From contig AP026144.1 in NCBI GenBank assembly GCA_030295235.1, forward strand, positions 124,001 through 188,000: a DNA stretch of 64,000 nucleotides, read 5' to 3'. The DNA comes from Fistulifera solaris. Lineage: Eukaryota. Shown here in pieces: positions 33,338 through 45,609 of the stretch. Below the pieces are notes generated by a model. It was not told the origin of the DNA. It saw only the letters and a program-made list of their open reading frames with translations, and ran no database searches. The position numbers and the translations under genes were made by a program. Positions within the stretch are counted from its first letter, which is position 1. Each line of letters opens with the position of its first letter.

Positions 33338-34612
33338 ATGACTTCTCTTCGATCCGCCCTTGTTCTTCTTTTGCCGATGCCGTTGCTCGGAAGCAAGGTA
33401 CTGGAATGGGAAGCCGCAACAGCCTATCCAGGACCGGCCAGACATCATCCTATAACCTTTGCGAACGAAACACACGGCTTCTTGTTGACCGGATCGACCA
33501 TCGATCAGACGGCTACTTCGGACTTTTATATGTACGATGCAGCGAACGACGTGTGGACGGATTTATCCAACCAAACGGGAAGTGCCTTTCCGGGTACACC
33601 TCGTGGTTACGCCTACGGTGTTGTGTTGAATGTACCGCTTCATTCGAAAGCTTATCTGGGCTTGGGAGCCGGCGAAACGGGGCTATTGAATGATTTCTGG
33701 GAATTCGACATGGTGACTCACGTTTGGAAGCAATTAGCAAATATGCCTATTGAAGGTCGACGACATCCTGCCATGAATGCTGTACGTAAAACAAATCAAG
33801 GCAATCGAATGGAAGATACCGTGGAACAATGGGAAATCCATGTCGGTTTGGGAGACGACAGTGGAGGAAATTTAAACGATTGGTGGATTTACGATATTGC
33901 CACAGATTCATGGGAAGCTGCGTCCGATCTTCCCGCTTCACCACGTCATCATCCGTTTCATTTTTCGCTCGGTGCTTACAGTTACACAGGATTGGGGCAT
34001 TCCAGTCAAGGCATCGAACGAGATTGGTTTCGCATGGAGAATCGTAAATGGGTAGCCGAGCCTAGTTTTGAGAGTTTCAACGAAGAAGATGTGTTAGTCA
34101 CAACGGAAGCTCGTGTAGCGGGAACACAATTTTCCATGGAATTTAATGGCAATTCGTCAAGCTCGCCTACTCAAGATGATTCGGAAACCGTTCTATTATC
34201 TGGTTCGATGGGCTTTGTGCTCAGTGGTGATGGCGACGACCACCGATCCATGACGGAAGGTGAATTTCATGCGTTTGATCCAAGTACCGGTCGATGGCAT
34301 ATCCTTCCACAGCATCCTGGCAGGTCACGCTGGGCTCCAGGCTCCTTTGTGATACGAGGATCGCCTGTAGTTTATTTCACCAGTGGATATGATCGAACGT
34401 CTCAAGAATTGTTCAATGATGTATGGCGGATAGATGTAACTCCGTTATTTGTTGAAGGTCCAAGTAATACCACAGAAACAGCACCGGTTAGCACGCCGTC
34501 AAATACTGGAGGAATGGAACCTACATCCAGTACTTTGATACGGAATGTGCGGTCATTTTGCCTGGTCTCTTCTTTTCTCTTGACAATTTATCTTGCAAGT
34601 GCAGGGTTTTAA
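33338..34612 (+). CDS. Secreted/surface kelch-repeat beta-propeller protein, possible GPI anchor
   Basis: Signal peptide; kelch repeats (RHHP..GFLLTG..DFYMYD..W; AYLGLG..NDFWEFD..W; NDWWIYD..W); Ser/Thr spacer and hydrophobic C terminus. Confidence 0.82.
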   Translation: MTSLRSALVLLLPMPLLGSKVLEWEAATAYPGPARHHPITFANETHGFLLTGSTIDQTATSDFYMYDAANDVWTDLSNQTGSAFPGTPRGYAYGVVLNVPLHSKAYLGLGAGETGLLNDFWEFDMVTHVWKQLANMPIEGRRHPAMNAVRKTNQGNRMEDTVEQWEIHVGLGDDSGGNLNDWWIYDIATDSWEAASDLPASPRHHPFHFSLGAYSYTGLGHSSQGIERDWFRMENRKWVAEPSFESFNEEDVLVTTEARVAGTQFSMEFNGNSSSSPTQDDSETVLLSGSMGFVLSGDGDDHRSMTEGEFHAFDPSTGRWHILPQHPGRSRWAPGSFVIRGSPVVYFTSGYDRTSQELFNDVWRIDVTPLFVEGPSNTTETAPVSTPSNTGGMEPTSSTLIRNVRSFCLVSSFLLTIYLASAGF

Positions 34613-35509
34613 CGGAAAAGTTTAGGGTCGAGTTTATACGGCGGCTACGCGAAAATCACGTAGACACTTGAAGCATCGTAGCTTTGTTCATTTCTACGTT
34701 TCGAGTGTAGCTCGACGATGATTCATGCTTGTAGATACGAGCAATCTATGTGTGTTGCGGTAAATGGGGCTTTGATGCAAAGCAGAGCCCACATGATGGA
34801 TTGGTCAGCCATGTGACCGTGCCTCAATTTAACCCTCTATCCAGGTATCCTCTCCATTTATTTCCCTACGAGGCCAACGTGAAAGGTACATAGACATTCG
34901 ATGCATTGCATCTTTCTTCGTTTATCTACCTCATGAGATGAAATAGATGTTGATTATAGCTAATCGGTATGATCTGTCTACGTTGGTAAGAGTTAAAGTG
35001 ACTTTGGTGCAGAGCTGGCTTGAAAAATCTACATGCGGCCAAAAGTAAGGCAACAAAACACCGTCGTTCAAACTACGAAAGGGTTAGGGATATTCAGTTT
35101 TTAAAAAGGTAACTCGACAGGATGTCAGCGTTGTGTTGTTATGACTAAAATACTTTGTAGCTAGCGAAACTAGCACAACGAATGGCTTTCTTGTGGCAAA
35201 ACGTCTCGCAAAGAAGCTAATTCATCATGACCTTTTGTAGGGATAGGACGTATAAGCATAGTAAATTCTACCCATTTTTGAACTGCCGTCGTGGAGAAAG
35301 GTCGTGTACTTTGTAGAGACATAGACCTATAGCCGATGAGGCAGCATCATCACTGCGACATGCAATACAGAAACGTGCTTTTGTAAAACTTTCTTCGGTT
35401 TGTTTTTATTCTTTGCTTGATCGAAGAGGACATTATTTATTTTTTAATTAACAAAATAAAAAAAGGAATATTTGGTACGGTGTGGTCGTGTATTGGAAGA
35501 AAGATTGAC

Positions 35510-36745
35510 ATGACAAGCCGACCGCTATTTGAAGTAGACGAGAAAGGCATACAGTGTTTTGTGGAGGATGTGCAATGTCTTTGGTGTTCATCATCACGCG
35601 GTCGTATAGATGAATGTCCTATCGCTGTACTCGAAGAACCTCCGTCGGCTTTGAAGTTTTTGCGCGATTTTGTTTCCGTCAGCCGACCGTGTATCATTCG
35701 TAATGCAGTATCGTTTCGTTGTACGGTCACCGATTTGGTGCGACTCGATCCGCAGATGCAACTCGTCGTTGATGTTTCTCCCGATGGGCATGCGGATGTA
35801 CTTCGCCATGTACAGACTCCCACGGAAAAGAAAGACGAAAGGATTCCCCCAGAGGAAGACGACTCGAATAAAAGCGATTGCATCCGTACCATATTTGTGC
35901 AGCCAGAGCAACGATGTATGACGATCGAATCCTTTTACAATCAACTCGTTCATCAAAGCAATCAACAAATCATCAAACGCAAACGTTCTTATGCAGGTCA
36001 AGAACCTTGTTCTCAGGTATTTCAAAGCATTGAGAAGCAAGCAGCAAAGAAAGAAAATGGTAATGATCCAATCAGCGACGAAACCTTGGAGGACGAAAGC
36101 GTCTTTTACTATTCGCGGCAAAACGATTGTCTTCGACAAGAGTTGACAGAATTCTGGAAATCTTCGACGACGACTCACGACACCAATCAACTACCCCAGA
36201 CCTTTGTATGGGCGGAAGAAGCCTTCGGCACAGGACCACCGCAAGCCGTGAACTTGTGGATGGGAAATGAACGGTCCGTATCTTCCATGCACAAGGATCA
36301 CTACGAGAATCTATTCTATGTGGCTTCGGGTGAGAAGTTGTTTACACTGTGTCCTCCTGCGGATGCTCCTTTCTTGTACGAGCAAAAGTGTGAAAGCGGT
36401 CGATTTCATTGGGATGCGGATCGGCGAGAATGGATGGTGCATCTCGAGGATGATGCAGACGACAATCCCAGTGTCGATGAACCTGTGCAAACTCGTTGGA
36501 TCGCCGCCGATGTCACTATGAAACATAATGTCGAGTATTCACAGGCATTTTCATTATTAAGATACACACATCCCGTCGAAGTCAAGGTGAAGGAAGGAGA
36601 ATTACTGTACTTGCCGGCATTGTGGTTTCATCGAGTTACGCAAACGCGTGAAACAGTCGGCGTGAATTACTGGTACGATATGAAGTTTGAATCTCCCAAT
36701 TGGACCTTTTTTCATTTATTGCAGCAATTCAAGCCTCCAACGTAG
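35510..36745 (+). CDS. JMJD7: JmjC/cupin-8 hydroxylase JMJD7-like
   Basis: FLRDFVSVSRPCIIRNA, VSPDGHAD, YYSRQNDCL, AVNLWMG..SSMHKDHYENL, LYLPALWFHRVTQ, VNYWYDM. Confidence 0.88.
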   Translation: MTSRPLFEVDEKGIQCFVEDVQCLWCSSSRGRIDECPIAVLEEPPSALKFLRDFVSVSRPCIIRNAVSFRCTVTDLVRLDPQMQLVVDVSPDGHADVLRHVQTPTEKKDERIPPEEDDSNKSDCIRTIFVQPEQRCMTIESFYNQLVHQSNQQIIKRKRSYAGQEPCSQVFQSIEKQAAKKENGNDPISDETLEDESVFYYSRQNDCLRQELTEFWKSSTTTHDTNQLPQTFVWAEEAFGTGPPQAVNLWMGNERSVSSMHKDHYENLFYVASGEKLFTLCPPADAPFLYEQKCESGRFHWDADRREWMVHLEDDADDNPSVDEPVQTRWIAADVTMKHNVEYSQAFSLLRYTHPVEVKVKEGELLYLPALWFHRVTQTRETVGVNYWYDMKFESPNWTFFHLLQQFKPPT

Positions 36746-37367
36746 ATGATGAATGGGAAGTATTGACTACTGAGTCTGTAAAGAAGTCTTGGCTCCACTC
36801 TGTGTTGTAACGATACCGCTCTCTCTCTAGTCACGCAAGCTCCTTAGCACTATCGTCCATCGGAAGAAGTAGCACGAGTTCTGTGATTCAATTTGAAATT
36901 AAAAGTCGTTGACCGAGTTGACCGGAATACACTGATACTTAGAAACGGGCTTATGCAGGCATCTTAATTTTTGGATAAACGCCGACGCTTAGAAACTTCA
37001 CGGCATGATTAATTGTAGCAGATCAATTTTCCTTAGTTTTCGTGGCCATTGCTTATTGCTGATATAAAAAGCACAGGTCTGGAATGAAACTCGAATCGAT
37101 ATACTCCGTCGGTAACCTTTTATTTATACTCCGTAGTATTTAGTAACTCGTTACTGAAAGTCAATCACGAGAAAACCCCGTCGCAAATTTTTTGCACCGC
37201 ATAGATGCTAGATGCGCGTTTATCATTTTTTAAGGTGATGATAAGTAAAGATGATGCGATCCTTATCGATACGCATTACCAACATCTTTTACGCGTAACT
37301 CTGCTATGACTGCTTTCAAGAAGATTCGACAAAGGCGAACAAACGAAAAAGGATTCACCAGATTATC

Positions 37368-40300
37368 ATGAATCGTCCTAGTGGACCTGCCACCGAAAGA
37401 GAGGAAGATTTCGAAGCCAAACTCATTTTCCTAAGAATAGAACCTCTCATCAATCCACTCTTACAAGCCACTCAAGAATACCGAGATCTTGTGACAGCCC
37501 CGTCACACTCTGTGAAGGTGCTTTTGTCTGTTTTGAAAATACAGGCGCAACTTTTACAGCGGCTTGACAGTCTTCTCCCTAATCTCGCGACGCAGCACAA
37601 ACTCTCGGAAACGCAGCTCTCCAATTCATTGTGTCTTTTGTTAGATTACATTCTTTTTCCGATTCTGGCGATTTTAAAGGGAACTGTCATTGGCTGGAAT
37701 GGAGAGGAACGAATCGACAAGGAACAATTGACGGTCAAGAGTGCTTCTTTTCTTGTCGTACAACAAACGGCTTCGCTTCTTTCGACGTTGCTGGATCTTC
37801 TGCGATATCCACCAGAAGAGAAGTTTATTGGTTGTCTTATAGCATGCGCCTTTGCTCTCCCGACCAGTCAGTATATGGCAAATGATTATCGCCATGAAAC
37901 GAGTTTAGATCGAGGGGACAACTGTTTGAAGCATTTGCTGGAGAGTATCCGTCGATTGGTGGGACACCCGGGATTGACGCAAAAACAAACGTTTGCTACA
38001 TTATTGGCGGGTGCACTGGATGGAGCTTTACTCGCTCGATTGGCCGATTGCATGGTTGCCGTCGTAGAGCCTTCTGAATCGGGAAAATGTGCCAATGCAG
38101 ACTTGCAACTCCAAGCACTGCTAACACTGCGAATTATCATGAAGACCGTTCCCATGGCGTCCGTCTGGAGGCATATCTTTCCGGGAATATTTGCTGGCCT
38201 CTATCGTTGCTGCTTGCAGGCCATGCGCATTGGTCAACAATCATCGAAATTGGCTGCCAATGCCCTAACCGTCATCGCGGATTTGTTACGATTTTGCGTG
38301 CAATCAGACAAGGTCTCTTTACAAAAAACCAGCAAGGTTTCGTTGGAAAACACGGTAACTGAAAAATTGAAAGCATTGACGTTGAACAGTGGCAATGAAA
38401 TAGGTCAATTGAGTTCTAGCAACGTTGAGAGCAACGACTTTGTCTCCCGAGCAAACAAATTACTACCCATGCCAATGACTGTTCTGATGAATATGACGAC
38501 AATGGCTTGCACCAAACAGATTCGAGAAGGTCTTCTTGAGCTTCTATCCGTCGTACTGGTTCAATCGTCGTCGTTTTGGGAACCAGGTAGCAATGTTGTC
38601 ACCGTGGCTTTTGAATCGTGTCTTGTTCTTTCGCAGGACATTCAACAAGACGTTTCCGCTGCAGCTATCGTGATCCTTACCGATTACAGAAAGAAAATAG
38701 GGTCAGAGTATTTGGGCTCGATTCCTCGTGTTGTCGGCCCGCGACTTATGTCTATAGTCAATGAACTGCCTACTTTGATGGAAGCAGCCAGAGAAACGGA
38801 CCTTGTCTCGTCGCTACGATTGGTAATTGGATACTTGGAAGCGATGACACTGTCTAAAGATACCGCAAAAAAAATTAAAGGCTTTCATACTGACAGAAGA
38901 GAACATGTTCATAATCAGGGACGTCTTCAGCTCACTTTGCAATCCTCTTGCGCAAAGCAACAATGTCGAAGACATGGAGCCAATGTCTCTTTCATCGCTC
39001 GTACTGAAGAACGAGCGGAAAGTAAAAATAATTGCATTAGACGAACAAAATGGGGAAGTCCAAAACGCCATTGAATCGGCGCTCTCTAGTTTGTCAAGGA
39101 TATTAGGGACGAAAGCAACCGTTTATGTAGTCGATCAATGTGTGGCAGATCTACATTCTGACGTCGAATCACGTCATTCGGCTGGTTTTTCGCAAGTTGG
39201 ACTGAATCAGGTCGTTTGGGCGAATTCTTGGACCGGCACAGTATACTTTTCGTCTTTTCTATTAAAAGGTGTTACAAAGTCGGAAGTGAAGTGTCGCAGA
39301 GAAAAATATATTCATCAATTATCACGTTCTACCCTTCCTCTGATCTTCAGTGAATCGATTTGGGGTCTGCCTATCGATGATGGTTTAGCATCGATAAAGA
39401 AATCGGAAGGAGTTACGATGCTAATCAATCAGCAAAACTCAATTCCAAGCGCAAAGGCTGCAAACGCTGATTTGATAGTGGCGCTTTTGAGCATTGTCGA
39501 GTCGATTGTTAATTTTGTGGATGCTAGTCCATTGGACGGGCACTTTGATGTTGCATTACTTCCTCTCCTCGAAAAGGCTATATCTAAATCGTCCAAAGTT
39601 TCAAATCGGGCACTTCATGTACTTTGCAAGCTTGAAAAACTAGCCTCCGACTCAGGTATTGACGCCTTGATTGTCAACAAAGTTGATTCGATATTTGGAG
39701 CGATCTTATTAAAAGTTCGCATTCCAGGGGGGCGACCGGTCCAGAAAGGGAGCGCAATAAGCAACGATATTCTGGTAACTTCTGAGGTAGCCATTTTCGC
39801 AATCAGCTCAATCACACATTCTTTCGCGAATGCTTCTCCCAGGGATTCTCAAAACATGGATGCTAGAGTAATTATGTCGCCACAAGAAGTCGTCCGAGAA
39901 TTGACGTTGCGTTTCGATCTCGCTGGGTCAAATGTGCAATCCGACGTTAGTTTGGCTACTGTCTTCTTGACTCTTTTCCATAATATCTCGGCTCTTCTTC
40001 ATGCTTATTACAAGTGCTGTTTCAAGGAAATGAATCAAGGAGCGTGTTTTCATTCTCCAGAGCCTTGGCTTGACATACTAGAGCCTTACCGAATAACTTC
40101 AGTTACGCCTGAGGATGGTTTTGCCGAGTATAGGAGAGGAAAAGAGCAAACGAACGAAGATATTCCTGGTGCTCTGACTTTACCTACAAGTCATTTGCAA
40201 AGAGACACCGATTTCATGGCGCTTCTCATTGCAAGAAACGCCTCCACACTTTCGCATCCAAGTTTGTCAATACAAATAAAAAGCTGCGACGCTCTGATTT

Positions 40301-41084
40301 CTGCCTTTCACTTTCTTGCCATCATAGCAGCAGTACCAATTCGCTCTGGCGAAGAAGAAACAAACGGTCCTCGCACTGCTGTTTTAAGGCAGATACACAG
40401 CGTGTGGCCTGCTGTTGCCGGTAGATTGAAATCAGTGAGCGCCGAAGTGCGACCATCGAATAAGACGTCATTGGTCATCAAATATCCCTCGTCGCAGCCG
40501 ATGCATATTGATGTTAGTGAAAAAAGAGTTTTTCTTTCGAAAGTATTCGAGCTTATTGCTGGAATGGCAGAAGCATCCGACGATTTCATGGCTAGAAGAT
40601 TTAGAGATGTAGTTTGGCCCTCTATCGGTGGATTGATGACACACTTTTTCAAAGGATCGAACGCTCAACAATCCGCGCATACGAGTCAATTTTTGGAAAG
40701 TGAGATTGGATTATTGTGCTCCATTATAAGTTGCTGTGGTCGAATGTTCAAGCACCGCGAAACGGGGGAAGCCTTAGCAGGGTTGATTCCTTCAATAGGG
40801 GGTATTATCATCCCTTTTATCGGAGACGAGAACAAGTGCGTCGCTGATATATGCATTGATACGCTGAAAGCCATGTGCTCTGTGGATAGTGACGCACTGC
40901 GAAGACCACTATTTGAGTTGGCTGGCATTTCTTTCAGAGCGTGCCCTCTTTTGACCAATCGGAAACCTCTGTCACGTTGACAAGCCGCAATTTCATTCAT
41001 AGCAAAGACTTTGCAGCTGAAGAAGCGGCTAAACACTTGATTGAATTTATAGAAAGCCTTCCCGAACAACCTCTTTTATCTTAA
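37368..41084 (+). CDS. TTI1: TTI1-like HEAT-repeat protein (TTT complex); frameshifts near 38880 and 40960
   Basis: LLDYILFPI, IFPGIFAGL, IHSVWPAV, DFMARRFRDVVWP and VDSDAL segments recalled as typical of TTI1; overlapping ORFs 37368..39074 and 38905..40980. Confidence 0.72.
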
Positions 41085-41451
41085 GAGGAAGAAGTGATTC
41101 TACAGCCGCCTACTGTATTCCATGACTATATCTGCGCCCACCCTTTTACTTAAAATCAGTCCTCATTTAAGGGTTGCGGAGTACGTCATCAAATGATTAC
41201 TTCGTATGCGATCAGATTGGATGCAATGAATCCAATCAACTTTCGAATAATTGGACTCGGAAGTCATAGCACGAAAACGACACTCGTATTACGCTCAGAA
41301 AGCTAGCAGAAATATAGACGAAAGCAGTCTGAAATACCAAAGCACCATGCAACTCTGACACGTTAATTTTACACAATGACCTAACCAAATAAATGAAGAG
41401 AGTATCCTTAAAAGACTCTATTCCACCGGCGTCAATCAACGCACGACCTAC

Positions 41452-42996
41452 TTAGTCCAGCATGACGTGAGCTATTCGATTGATCGCTTGCATTGGATTT
41501 GGTAATATCGGCAGATCACCTGTTAGCGCAGCATTCGATGCCAAGATGTCTTCTTCAAGGTAAAGCTCCTTTAAAGCTGACACATCACCAACCGTAACTT
41601 GAAAGGCTAATCTTGATATCACATTTTTGAGACCGTTCACAAGACTATCGCGTTCATCCAGCGTGTTAGACTCGAAGATGTATACCTGTCCATTGCTGAC
41701 TGTTATTGTAAAAAAGCAGAAATCTTCGCGTTCTTCCACTAGATCTTGATTGGTCAGTAGCTCGTCTCTGCTAGATGATTTTATGGAAACTATGTCAAAG
41801 AGGTCAATTGAGGTTGTAAGCGCATCATGAGTTTGACCTCCGACAACCGTTGTCCATGATATTCTGGGCTGTTCTGATTCGTGCTCGTTTAGATACGGAG
41901 AACCTTTCTTGACATGCATTGCTACTGTTCGTCCTTTCCAATCACTTGTTCCATTTCCTGCTGCTCCTGGTGCTTGAAGGTACAATAACGCAACCCCTTT
42001 TGTTGTCATCCGACGGATGAAGCGGAGCGTAAAGTCTTCATCGAAGTATGGACGGTCAGACTCAGCCGGATTTGCCGAAGTGCAAGCATTGTCATAGAAC
42101 AGATCAATAAGCCGTCGTACGGGATTCTTGGATAAACTGATCTCACGAAACGTTTCGCGAAACTGTGATTGAGCACCAAAGTTAACATCATCGGCACAGA
42201 ACGTACCAAATAGTTGTCGGGCTACATTGTCACGAACCGAGCTAGAGTCACCTTCTGGTTTCTTCGACTGGTCGTCGTCGATCATGATTGTATCATCGAT
42301 TGCAGCAGCATCCTTCGATTCATCTACAGACATGGTATTACCAAGAACAGGCGTGTCCGGAACGTCGTGAACGATTGCCGGTTGTTCCTCTACTAAACTA
42401 TCAGTAGAAGACAATGTAATTTTGACTCCGCTATCGGGCAAAGGAGGAGTTGAATACACAGAACCATTTTCCGAGTTATCAGGAGAGTCCACGGAGACTG
42501 GTCCTTTGTACGTTGCCTTTCGATAGGTCAAGAGGTCTTCCGGTCTCTTATCGGCCGATGGGGAATCCGGAACACGAAATGACTCTGGCGACATTCCTGT
42601 TCCTTCTACTGCGTCTGGCGATTCAAGGTATTTTCCATCCGGCGTTACTTCTACAGACATGGAAGTCGCAAGACGACCAAATGGTTCGGAAAGGTCGTCT
42701 GCCGTTACTTCCTCCGGAAAAAGGTTTCTGCGAATTCTTTCATCCATTTGTTCTTTCGATTCAGGGGTCAGTACCTCAACATCATCCCCGATTGTAATAT
42801 TGATTAACTGAGGTGTTTCGGGGACCAGTGTTACGTCAAAGTCGGCAGTGATTGCATTGGGAGATTTAAAGTTGTTGCTCTTCTTTCGGAAAGGAGGCAA
42901 AAATCTCCTCTGCGATGGATTCGTGCCCGTTTGTTCGGGTGATTTCTCCACGATATCGCTATTGTCGCGACGAGAAACCTTGATCGGAGTCACCAT
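41452..42996 (-). CDS. Uncharacterised protein with disordered N-terminal half and C-terminal PH-like domain
   Basis: Intact 514-aa ORF; SIDLFDIVSI..CFFTIT..YIFESNTLDERDSLVNGLKNVI is a PH-fold ending pattern. Confidence 0.7.
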   Translation of the reverse strand: MVTPIKVSRRDNSDIVEKSPEQTGTNPSQRRFLPPFRKKSNNFKSPNAITADFDVTLVPETPQLINITIGDDVEVLTPESKEQMDERIRRNLFPEEVTADDLSEPFGRLATSMSVEVTPDGKYLESPDAVEGTGMSPESFRVPDSPSADKRPEDLLTYRKATYKGPVSVDSPDNSENGSVYSTPPLPDSGVKITLSSTDSLVEEQPAIVHDVPDTPVLGNTMSVDESKDAAAIDDTIMIDDDQSKKPEGDSSSVRDNVARQLFGTFCADDVNFGAQSQFRETFREISLSKNPVRRLIDLFYDNACTSANPAESDRPYFDEDFTLRFIRRMTTKGVALLYLQAPGAAGNGTSDWKGRTVAMHVKKGSPYLNEHESEQPRISWTTVVGGQTHDALTTSIDLFDIVSIKSSSRDELLTNQDLVEEREDFCFFTITVSNGQVYIFESNTLDERDSLVNGLKNVISRLAFQVTVGDVSALKELYLEEDILASNAALTGDLPILPNPMQAINRIAHVMLD

Positions 42997-43683
42997 GGTG
43001 ACTGAATATTGTCTGGTGCTTTCGTTGCAGAGATAAGGTGGAGCTATGTGTCACAAAAATGGACAATAAATACGGTCAACGATGGAAAGATGATGATGAT
43101 GATTCTTGAAGGTCGCTATTGCACTATTCCACTTTGCAATTTTTTACTTTGATGTAATACAATGTAACGAGGCGATCCTTGTGTGACTGTTTCAGCGCTT
43201 GGTGCACCTAATGCAGAGGCAAACAAGCATGCAAGAGAAGACCTTGTTGCCATTCGAGGGGAAGACGTTCCAAGTGCCCGAAAGCTGCTTTGGCTTTCGC
43301 CGTTGAATGGGAAAAATAGGCGCACTTTTGGACACATTCGTTTACACCACCAAAAATACATGTGCCCCAACACCGGTACTCATTTTCATTAATCTTAGAA
43401 CAAGAACTGACAGAGAACCGTCCTCTTTGCGCTAAGTACTGGGTGCCGCGTCAATCATTCTCTCATCCGCGAAGCTTGAGTGGGAAAAAAGTGTAGGCCT
43501 TGTGGACGTCATCCTTGTGTGCACCGTTCCTCTTAAATTATGCTTTGTTCTGTTTGAAAAATAGATGATGACGAGCAAAGTGACAAAACAGCGGTTCCTT
43601 TCTGTTGAATTACCTGGCTCAGTGTTTACAAAGTCTTATTTATTATCTTTATATATACAAAAGCCTCTCTTCCTTTCAACGCA

Positions 43684-44683
43684 ATGCAGTCATTTGCGCT
43701 TCTTATTTACCTACTAGTCTATTCGACAACCGCAACCGACGCATTCGTTGTCCGACAAACGAGCAATGCGCATCCCCAATCGGCATTACGTTCATCAGCT
43801 GCAGGAATCCCTGTTACGATGATGGAATCCGTTGCCGATGCCATGTCGGGAGCAGGACCTATTCAAGTAGACATGAATCAGTACAATCTAGATCCAGAAA
43901 TTATTGCGAATGAATGGACTGCCGTTCTGCAACCGGCGACACCCCTGCAAGAAGAAGGTATTTATCTGCAAGCCAAAAACAAACGAGGAATTCTAGTCGA
44001 TACCGTGAAAATAAAGATCCCTCGTCGAAAAGGAAAAGGACTCGGATTAGAGTTACTGGAGCTGGCCGGTGGTCGAGAAGACGGGTTGGGGATTACCGTT
44101 GTGTCGGGTTTGGTGGAGGGCGGTTGCGCCGACGGCTCCGAAATAATGGTAGGAGATTCGATCAGCAAATTGCAAGTCGTCGATGCGCAAGAAAATGAAA
44201 TCGTTTCTGTTTCTACCGAGTGTCTGAGCTACGACGGCACGGTCGATGCCATTTTGTCGTTGCCACCGGCGGCAGATGGCCAAAGTATGGTGATTACGCT
44301 CAAGCGTCTTCGTCGCAAACCAAAAGTGCAAGTCACGATACAATATCCACCTTCCATGAAAGAAAATGATGTAACAATAGAATTGTTTTCGGGCGAAAAT
44401 CTGCGACGATCGATGCTAATTAAAGGGATAAAACTCAATGACCCCGCTCGCGCGTCGTTTCGATATTGGAGGGACCGGCAGCTGCGGTGCCGAAGGTACA
44501 TGTGGCACGTGTAGTATCAGCATCATTCGGGGACAAGAGCTATTAAGTCCACCGGGACAGACAGAGCAACAAATGTTCCGCAACAACCCGCGATGGCGAC
44601 TGTCTTGTAAGGCCCGCGTTGGATATGGCTTGCGGGAGGGAGAATTGGTGGTTCGTGTAAATCCAGGTCAATGGGAACAATGA
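43684..44683 (+). CDS. Plastid-targeted PDZ + 2Fe-2S ferredoxin-domain protein; extra base near 44445
   Basis: Signal ATDA-FVV; PDZ (GLGLEL..VVSGLVEGGCA..IMVGDSI); after the shift CGAEGTCGTC..WRLSC, a Cx5Cx2C..C 2Fe-2S motif. Confidence 0.85.
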
Positions 44684-45609
44684 TGTTTGCTATTACAGCA
44701 GCAACACTGATATATATCATTGCTATTTTGTTGATCAATTTGATCCGACGGTCTTTCCCGTGATTACCTTCAAGTATTTTGCGAGTCAGTTGTCAAAGAA
44801 AAGCGGACACCGCTGATTACGGACACATACCAAATACTCAATTCTCAGCGATAAAGTAAAGCAGTCTACTTTTCTCATTTTCACAGAAACAGCGTCATTT
44901 AGAAAGGATGCAACTGAAATATGTAAAGGTTTGTTTTGGTTAATACAAAGTAGGTCCATTCGTTTTCACCTTTGCCCACATTCAGTAATGAAATAAAATG
45001 ACAGCGTCACAGTTGTTAGCCAATCTTTGACAATCTCTTAAGCATATATAATTATCTCATCGGCGTAGTTACTTTATTGGCGTTATTATTGCGTTGGATT
45101 ATTGAAGCTGGCCCCCTTCCCCCATAGCTTTCACTTCTTTCCACTATACGGTAAAGTGTACGCTTTGACTTCCTGTGACTCGACTCATTATCAGTCCCAG
45201 CGTTGGTTGCCTACATTCACTGCGCTACGTTGTTGATCGATTTTGGACAACCAATTAAGCGATTACAAGTTTATTCCTAATTGCTTTCATCGTTGCATTT
45301 GTGTATTGATCACATTGTTGATTGGATTGCAACAAACGTTAGAACTGAGCAGTCCTTGTCCTTGTTTGTCCCGTTGAGTGCACTATACATCAAAGTGTCT
45401 GCGCCCTTTCAGGGTCTATGTATCCTTACCCTTATACTTACACACCACGAAGGAAGTCATCCTGACGAGCCGCATGCCGCACATGCACGCAAACTATTTA
45501 TCGTTTTCTGTTTTGTTGGGTTGAAATCTATTCTATCGCATTTGTGGCTCCTTGTTCGGTCGCCTTTGGTGCAAAAACTTCTTTCAACAGACTAGTGCTT
45601 GCAGTAAAC

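Noticed and set aside
34620..35400. Possible structured ncRNA or snoRNA in the long spacer
   Set aside because: Only short chance hairpins and partial box motifs; nothing I can support without a covariance-model search.
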